Below, piece by piece: positions 58,197 to 64,000 of a stretch of DNA of 64,000 nt. Below the pieces are notes generated by a model. The model was not told where the DNA came from. It saw only the letters and a program-made list of their open reading frames with translations, and ran no database searches. Numbering within the stretch: position 1 is the first letter of the stretch; each line of letters begins with the position of its first letter. The position numbers and the translations under genes were made by a program. Origin of the DNA: Vicinamibacterales bacterium (GTDB taxonomy: Bacteria; Acidobacteriota; Vicinamibacteria; Vicinamibacterales; UBA2999); NCBI GenBank assembly GCA_046331325.1, contig JAXLRB010000002.1, forward strand, positions 73,034 to 137,033, in the 5' to 3' direction.

Positions 58197-59168
58197 TCAA
58201 TGCGGAGATACGAGGTCGAGCCCGGCCACGGCCGCCCCGACCAGGGCGGCCTGATCGTTGAGGATGACGTGCACCGGCACGGACCGCAGCAGCGCGGCCA
58301 TCGGCGCCTTGTCGAGGAACGGGCCCATGAAGCGGCGCTCGACCAGCGGCAGCACGCGCGGCGCGATGCCGCCGCCCACGAACAGGCCCGCCGTGGCCAC
58401 CGCACGCAGGGCCAGGTTGCCGGCCTCGGCGCCGTAGGCCTCGACGAAGAGATCGAGCGTGCGCGCGCATTGCCGGCAGGTACCGGCCGCGGCCGCCGCC
58501 GACACCTGCGCGGTGCCGCCTGGCGCCGCGAACACGCCGGCCACCTCGCACCGATCGCCGCCGTGGAAGAACGTCGCCACGTGCACGAGGCCGATGCCCG
58601 AGACCACGCGCTCGATGTCGACGCGGCCGATCTCGGCGCGGATGTGCCGCACGAGCGCGAGCTCGTCGTCGGTGCGCGCCGCGAAGTCGGAGTGCCCTGC
58701 CTCGGAGGGCACGGGCAGCAGCCGTCCATTCACGCGGTGCAGAATCGCCTCGCCGAGGCCGGTGCCGGCGGCGATGAGCGCGGCGTTGCCGTGCGGGTTC
58801 GGCGTGCCGGCCTGCAGCGTGCGCAGTTCGTCGGCGGTGAGCACGGGCACCGCGCAGGCCATCGCCTCGAGATCGTTGAGCAGCCGCAGGTGCGGCACGC
58901 CGGTGGCGGCGACGACCTCGGCGGCGCGGACGCGCCACGGCACGTTCGTCATCGTCACCTGGCCATCGACGACGGGCCCGGCGACGCCGAGGGCGACCAC
59001 CGACACGCGCGGATCGATGGGACCGAGCGCCGCGGACAGCAGCGACGGCAGGTCGTCGTAGTCGAGCGTGCGCACGCTGTGCACGCGCACCAGACGCGGA
59101 CGCGGACGTTCGACGGCGAAGTAGCCGACGAGCGTTTTGGATCCACCGATGTCGGCTGCGAGGATCAT
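58197..59168 (-). CDS. glk: glucokinase
   Basis: 323-aa ORF starting MILAADIGGSKT, with LLNDLEA and AAGTGLGEA segments typical of the Glk family. Confidence 0.8.
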   Translation of the reverse strand: MILAADIGGSKTLVGYFAVERPRPRLVRVHSVRTLDYDDLPSLLSAALGPIDPRVSVVALGVAGPVVDGQVTMTNVPWRVRAAEVVAATGVPHLRLLNDLEAMACAVPVLTADELRTLQAGTPNPHGNAALIAAGTGLGEAILHRVNGRLLPVPSEAGHSDFAARTDDELALVRHIRAEIGRVDIERVVSGIGLVHVATFFHGGDRCEVAGVFAAPGGTAQVSAAAAAGTCRQCARTLDLFVEAYGAEAGNLALRAVATAGLFVGGGIAPRVLPLVERRFMGPFLDKAPMAALLRSVPVHVILNDQAALVGAAVAGLDLVSPH

Positions 59169-59239
59169 GTGCCGATTGTATGGCGGACGCCGCGATCCGC
59201 GTTGACAGCAACGCGTCGCTGCGCCATCGTGAGGTGTCG

Positions 59240-60112
59240 ATGTCCGCGGATCCCACCAACCCCGCCGCCACGCTGGCGGCGCCGATCACGGCGCCGGGGG
59301 CGCGCGACGTGCTGGGGATGTATCCCGCGCTGCGCGAGGACCACATCCGCTACCTGCAGAAGTGGGGCTTCGTCACGCCGGCCCAGCGTGGCGGGGGCAC
59401 GCAGTTCTCGTTCCAGGACCTCAGCCTGCTGCGCCAGATCCACGGCGAGCTGCAGCGCGGCGTCGCATTCCGCGCGGCGCTGCGCGAACTGCAGGCCGAG
59501 AAGCAGGGCCAGCTGGCGTTCGACTTCCGTCTCGACGCCGAGCCGGCGCGCATCATCGAGCTGGCGCGCCGCGAGCCGCCGTCGCCGGCGGCCAGGTCGG
59601 CGGTGGCCGACGTCGCGCGTGACGCCTCGCGTCCGCTGACGCGCGCCGAGCAGCTCTTCCTCGACGGCTCGCTGCTCGACGACGGCACGCCCGAGCGGCA
59701 GCAGGACGCCGCCCGTGCCTACCGGCGTGCGCTGCACGAGGATCCGAACCTCGTCGCCGCGCTCATCAACCTGGCCAATATCCGCTACGCGTGCGACGAG
59801 CTGCCCGAGGCGCAGGCGCTCTACGAACGCGCGTTACGGCTCGACGACTCGTTCTTCGAGGCGTGGTTCAACCTCGGCAACATCCATCACGATCTCGGAC
59901 GCCATGCCGAGGCGGTGGAAGACTACCGGCGGGCGCTGTCGCTGAACGGCCAGTACGCCGAGGGCCACTTCTACCTGGCGGTCACGCTCGAGAAGCTGGG
60001 CCGGTCGGCGGAAGCGCGGCAGCACTGGCGGGCCTACCAGTTCCTGGCGCCGGATGGCGAGTGGGTGGACCTGGCGAAGGAATTCGGCGACGAGCCGCCG
60101 CCGAAGCCCTGA
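59240..60112 (+). CDS. MerR-like HTH + TPR repeat protein
   Basis: ATG at 59240 after GAGG. The N-terminus IRYLQKWGFVTPAQRGGGTQFSFQDLSLLRQI is MerR-type. The C-terminal part has 3-4 TPR units (AWFNLGNIHHDLGRHAEAVEDYRRAL). Confidence 0.7.
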   Translation: MSADPTNPAATLAAPITAPGARDVLGMYPALREDHIRYLQKWGFVTPAQRGGGTQFSFQDLSLLRQIHGELQRGVAFRAALRELQAEKQGQLAFDFRLDAEPARIIELARREPPSPAARSAVADVARDASRPLTRAEQLFLDGSLLDDGTPERQQDAARAYRRALHEDPNLVAALINLANIRYACDELPEAQALYERALRLDDSFFEAWFNLGNIHHDLGRHAEAVEDYRRALSLNGQYAEGHFYLAVTLEKLGRSAEARQHWRAYQFLAPDGEWVDLAKEFGDEPPPKP

Positions 60113-60118
60113 GGCGCC

Positions 60119-60341
60119 TCAGCGCCAGCGCGAGTCGTCGGGCGCCGGCCGCGCCCGCGGCGATCGCTTCACTTTGTACAGGCCGCAGTCGTGACACCAC
60201 GACTCGGGATTGAAGCCGGTGGTCCCGGCCATCGGCAGCACGTCGCGGTGCCCGCAGCACGCCGGGCTCTCCGCCTCGGCGGGACGCTGCCAGCGGCAGG
60301 TCTGGAAGCGCTGCTGCGCCTCCGACAGCGGCGGCGGGGCG

Positions 60342-60361
<20 letters not shown>
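60119..60361 (-). CDS. hypothetical Cys-rich small protein
   Basis: 80-aa ORF with strong GC3 bias and 5 Cys plus 2 His (CRW...ACCGHRDV...WCHDCGLYK). Its start overlaps the helicase 3' end by 20 nt. Confidence 0.55.
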
Positions 60362-61520
<1,159 letters not shown>

Positions 61521-61614
61521 GTCCGCCGGGCTCGAAGAGGTGCGTCGGCGGCCGCGGCCACCGCTGCGGCGTCTGGGCGGTCGGGACGAAGGGCGGGACG
61601 TCAAAGCGGAAGAA

Positions 61615-61833
61615 CTAGCGGGCGCGGAAGGTGATGATGCCGCGCACCGGATCGTACGGCGACACGCCAACGGTGACGCGGTCGCCGGGCACGACCTTGA
61701 TGCGGAAGCGGCGCATGCGCCCGCTCAGCTGCGCCAGCACTTCATGGCCCGACTCGGTCTGCACGCGGTACAAGCCGCCGCTGTGCACCGCGACCACGGT
61801 GCCCTGCATGTCAATCAGATCGTCTTTGCTCAA
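61615..61833 (-). CDS. infA: translation initiation factor IF-1
   Basis: GGAG-N5-TTG start, 72 codons: SKDDLIDMQGTVVAVHSGGLYRVQTESGHEVLAQLSGRMRRFRIKVVPGDRVTVGVSPYDPVRGIITFRAR. It is embedded in a spurious 528-aa track ORF. Confidence 0.9.
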   Translation of the reverse strand: MSKDDLIDMQGTVVAVHSGGLYRVQTESGHEVLAQLSGRMRRFRIKVVPGDRVTVGVSPYDPVRGIITFRAR

Positions 61834-61959
61834 GGAAGCTCCAAACAAGAAGTGTGCCACACGACGCTCGGCGGCGTCCACCTCGGCGTCGTACGCCGGA
61901 CGACGCATCGCCTGGCCCCGCTGGCCTGGCCACGGCCCGCCGGCGGCGCCCCATGTTCT

Positions 61960-63354
61960 ATGATCGCGGCGACGTCCGCAATGCCACCCCTGCCGCCCGC
62001 CCTTGCCGTCGGAGCCCAGTACGACAGCCTGCTCCAGACGGCGCTGACGCAGTTCTTCGAGCGTGCCACGCTCGAAACCGAGACGGTGCCGTCGCCGTCG
62101 TCCGACGGCCGCCTGGCCATCGAACCCACCGGCGACCCGTCGGCCCTGTCGGTGCGCTGGTTCGGCACCCGCTATACGCTGCGCGTCGGCCCGTCGCGGC
62201 CGTTCACGCCGCACGAGGTCCGCTTCGCGCGCGCCATCGGCGCCGTGCTGTCGGCCCGCTACCGCGCCATCCTCAGTCCGCAGCTGATGGTGGAGCGCGG
62301 CGATCTCTTCCGCGGCGAGATCGAGGATCGCTACGTGGGCGCCTTCTTCGATCGCGCGCCGTACACCGTGCAGGCCAACGTGCCGGCGGTGACCGATCGC
62401 GTCGCGCTGGCCATCGAGATGATGCGCGTGGCCGCGCTCTCGACCTACGAGAACCAGCCGATTTCCACGGGCGTGCTGCTGCTGGGCACCGACGAGGATC
62501 CGGTGGGGCAGTATCCCGCCGCCGAACGCGACGCCGTGCATTACACGGGGGCGCTGGCCTCGATCAAGAGCTTCTACCGGCTGGCGGATGGCCTGCGCAC
62601 CGTGTTCCTCGTGAACAAGTCCGGCCGCCTGCTCGACATCGTCGACATCGAGCGCTGGGCCGGGGCCGCCGGTCCGACCGACATCGACGTGCCGTGCGCC
62701 CGCACCTACGCCGGCCATGCCCGCGCCACCGTGTCGGGCGCGCATGTGTGCGTGGTGCTGAACCCGCGGCGCGAAATCAAGGTGTTCGCCGAGGGCGCGC
62801 AGGTCTTCAGCTTCAGTCACGCCGACTGGCGCCTGCTCGACCAGACGTCGAAGTACGCGATGTGGCAGACCGCGGTCGGCAACCCGGCGCTCGCCGAACG
62901 GCTGTTCCGCAGCGCCCTCGATCTCTCCGATGCGCGGCAGGGCGCGCTGTTCGTCGTGCTGCGCCGTCCCATCGACTCGCTGGCGCAACTGGTGGCCGCC
63001 ACCGACCGGCTCGACATGGAGTTCGTGAACCACCCCGGCGGTCCCGGCGTGCCCTCGCGCCGCGATCTGCTGCATCTGCTCGCCGGCCGCACCATCACGG
63101 AGCTCGACCCGAACGTGCTCGCCGCGCTGGCGACGCTCGACGGCGCCACGGTGGCCGATGTCGGCGGCACGCTGCTGGCGGTGGGCGCGATTCTGCGGCA
63201 TCCGCTGACGAGCGAGCAGGCCAAGTCCGACGGACTCGCCGAGGGCGCGCGCACGACGGCCGCGCTGGCGGCCAGCCGTTTCGGCCCCGTGCTGAAGGTG
63301 AGTGAAGACGGCCTCATCACCTTCTACGACGGCGGACGCATCTGGGATCTGTGA
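61960..63354 (+). CDS. DisA_N/DAC (diadenylate cyclase)-like domain protein with large uncharacterised N-terminal region; RHR motif degenerate
   Basis: The C-terminal ~150 aa read GALFVVL...LDGATVADVGGTLLAVGAIL...GARTTAALAASRFGPVLKVSEDGLITFYDGG, following the DAC fold pattern. The start could be 61960 or 61981 (both ATG, neither with an SD). Confidence 0.6.
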   Translation: MIAATSAMPPLPPALAVGAQYDSLLQTALTQFFERATLETETVPSPSSDGRLAIEPTGDPSALSVRWFGTRYTLRVGPSRPFTPHEVRFARAIGAVLSARYRAILSPQLMVERGDLFRGEIEDRYVGAFFDRAPYTVQANVPAVTDRVALAIEMMRVAALSTYENQPISTGVLLLGTDEDPVGQYPAAERDAVHYTGALASIKSFYRLADGLRTVFLVNKSGRLLDIVDIERWAGAAGPTDIDVPCARTYAGHARATVSGAHVCVVLNPRREIKVFAEGAQVFSFSHADWRLLDQTSKYAMWQTAVGNPALAERLFRSALDLSDARQGALFVVLRRPIDSLAQLVAATDRLDMEFVNHPGGPGVPSRRDLLHLLAGRTITELDPNVLAALATLDGATVADVGGTLLAVGAILRHPLTSEQAKSDGLAEGARTTAALAASRFGPVLKVSEDGLITFYDGGRIWDL

Positions 63355-63419
63355 TCCCGCGCTGGCGCGATCCCGCTCCGAGCAAGTAAGATCGCGGCCT
63401 CCCCTGACGGTCGTCCTGC

Positions 63420-64000
63420 ATGCACGTATTCCTCACAGGCGGCACCGGCTACATCGGTGCGGCCATCCTCGACGCCCTCATCAAGCACGGGCATCACGTC
63501 ACCGCGCTCGTCCGCGACCCCGAGAAGGCGGCGCGGCTCGATGCCCGTGGCGCGACGCCGCTGATGGGTGAGCTGGCGTCGCCGAAGCGCTACGCGGCCG
63601 CGGCGGCCGCGTCTGAGGTCGTGGTGCACGCGGCTGCCGACGGCGGTCCGCGCACCGCGCCGGCCGATCGCCAGTTCCTCGACGCGATGCTGCCGGCGCT
63701 GGCCGGCGCCGGCGCGCCGCGCGCCCTGGTCTACACGTCGGGCATCTGGACGATTGGCGCCGCGCCCGGCGGCGCCGACGAATCCGCGGCGATCGCGCCG
63801 GCCGAGATCTCGGCGTGGCGCACGCCGCACGAGCATCTGGTGCTCGACGCCCACGGTCCAACGCTGCGCACGGTGGTCGTGCGTCCCGGCATCGTCTACG
63901 GCAGCGCGCGCGGCATCGTGTCCGACATGCTGAAGGACGCGCTGAACGGCCTGGTGCGGGTCATCGGCGACGGCCAGAACCACTGGCCGCTCGTCTACGA
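63420..64000 (+). CDS. NAD-dependent epimerase/dehydratase-family protein (3' end outside window)
   Basis: Manual translation from ATG 63420: MHVFLTGGTGYIGAAILDALIKHGHHVTALVRDPEKA... (GxxGxxG). No stop before the window end. Confidence 0.8.
   Translation, partial: MHVFLTGGTGYIGAAILDALIKHGHHVTALVRDPEKAARLDARGATPLMGELASPKRYAAAAAASEVVVHAAADGGPRTAPADRQFLDAMLPALAGAGAPRALVYTSGIWTIGAAPGGADESAAIAPAEISAWRTPHEHLVLDAHGPTLRTVVVRPGIVYGSARGIVSDMLKDALNGLVRVIGDGQNHWPLVY

Noticed and set aside
61615-63201. 528-aa minus-strand ORF.
   Set aside because: Only its last 72 codons are real (infA, with GGAG-N5-TTG). The rest is antisense to the DAC-like gene.

Overview
High-GC (roughly 70%) bacterial chromosomal window. 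The gene content points to Acidobacteriota: an ADOP-type duplicated FtsX permease, a DUF5666-like repeat protein, and kinase-TM-TPR proteins. I call about 57 protein genes and 3 tRNAs: Leu-GAG, Val-TAC and Asp-GTC. I found no rRNA, CRISPR array, transposase or integrase.

Core blocks:
- gap-pgk-tpiA-secG operon (21.2-24.7 kb, minus strand).
- A translationally coupled LPS inner-core/lipid A operon, waaA-lpxK-lpxL-waaF-gmhB-hldA-hldC-waaC plus an ICMT-like methyltransferase (24.9-32.9 kb).
- PBP1A, holB, pdxA and smpB.
- An O-antigen-type sugar cluster (38.2-49.0 kb) that runs directly into thiS-thiG.
- glk, marR-doxX, infA and a DEAD-box helicase.

Most of the very long ORFs in the six-frame track are stop-free antisense or out-of-frame artefacts of GC3 bias. 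Gene calls rest on recognisable motifs, SD sites and start/stop coupling.

Candidates worth a second look:
1. A composite, hairpin-rich ~156-216 bp repeat present as direct copies on both sides of the ADOP permease gene and abutting tRNA-Leu.
2. A 183-bp low-GC intergenic array with 11 GATC sites and 7 GAT(G/C)TGG heptamers, 4 of them within tandem octamers, between holB and pdxA.
3. A 1179-aa single-chain GltD/NfnB-like plus PyrK/NfnA-like iron-sulfur flavoprotein with an unknown N-terminal domain.
4. A DisA_N/DAC-like protein whose RHR motif is degenerate.
5. A cytoplasmic tandem kinase-pseudokinase.
6. A metal-uptake cluster (thioredoxin, HCxxCH mini-protein, OM barrel, ZnuA/ZnuB-like) that lacks an ATPase.
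7. An unannotated 55-codon ORF with a double-glycine leader-like motif.
8. A five-repeat Cys-pair secreted protein.

Two genes, a kinase-TPR gene and waaA, each carry an apparent 1-nt deletion in a G-rich context. These may be assembly errors.
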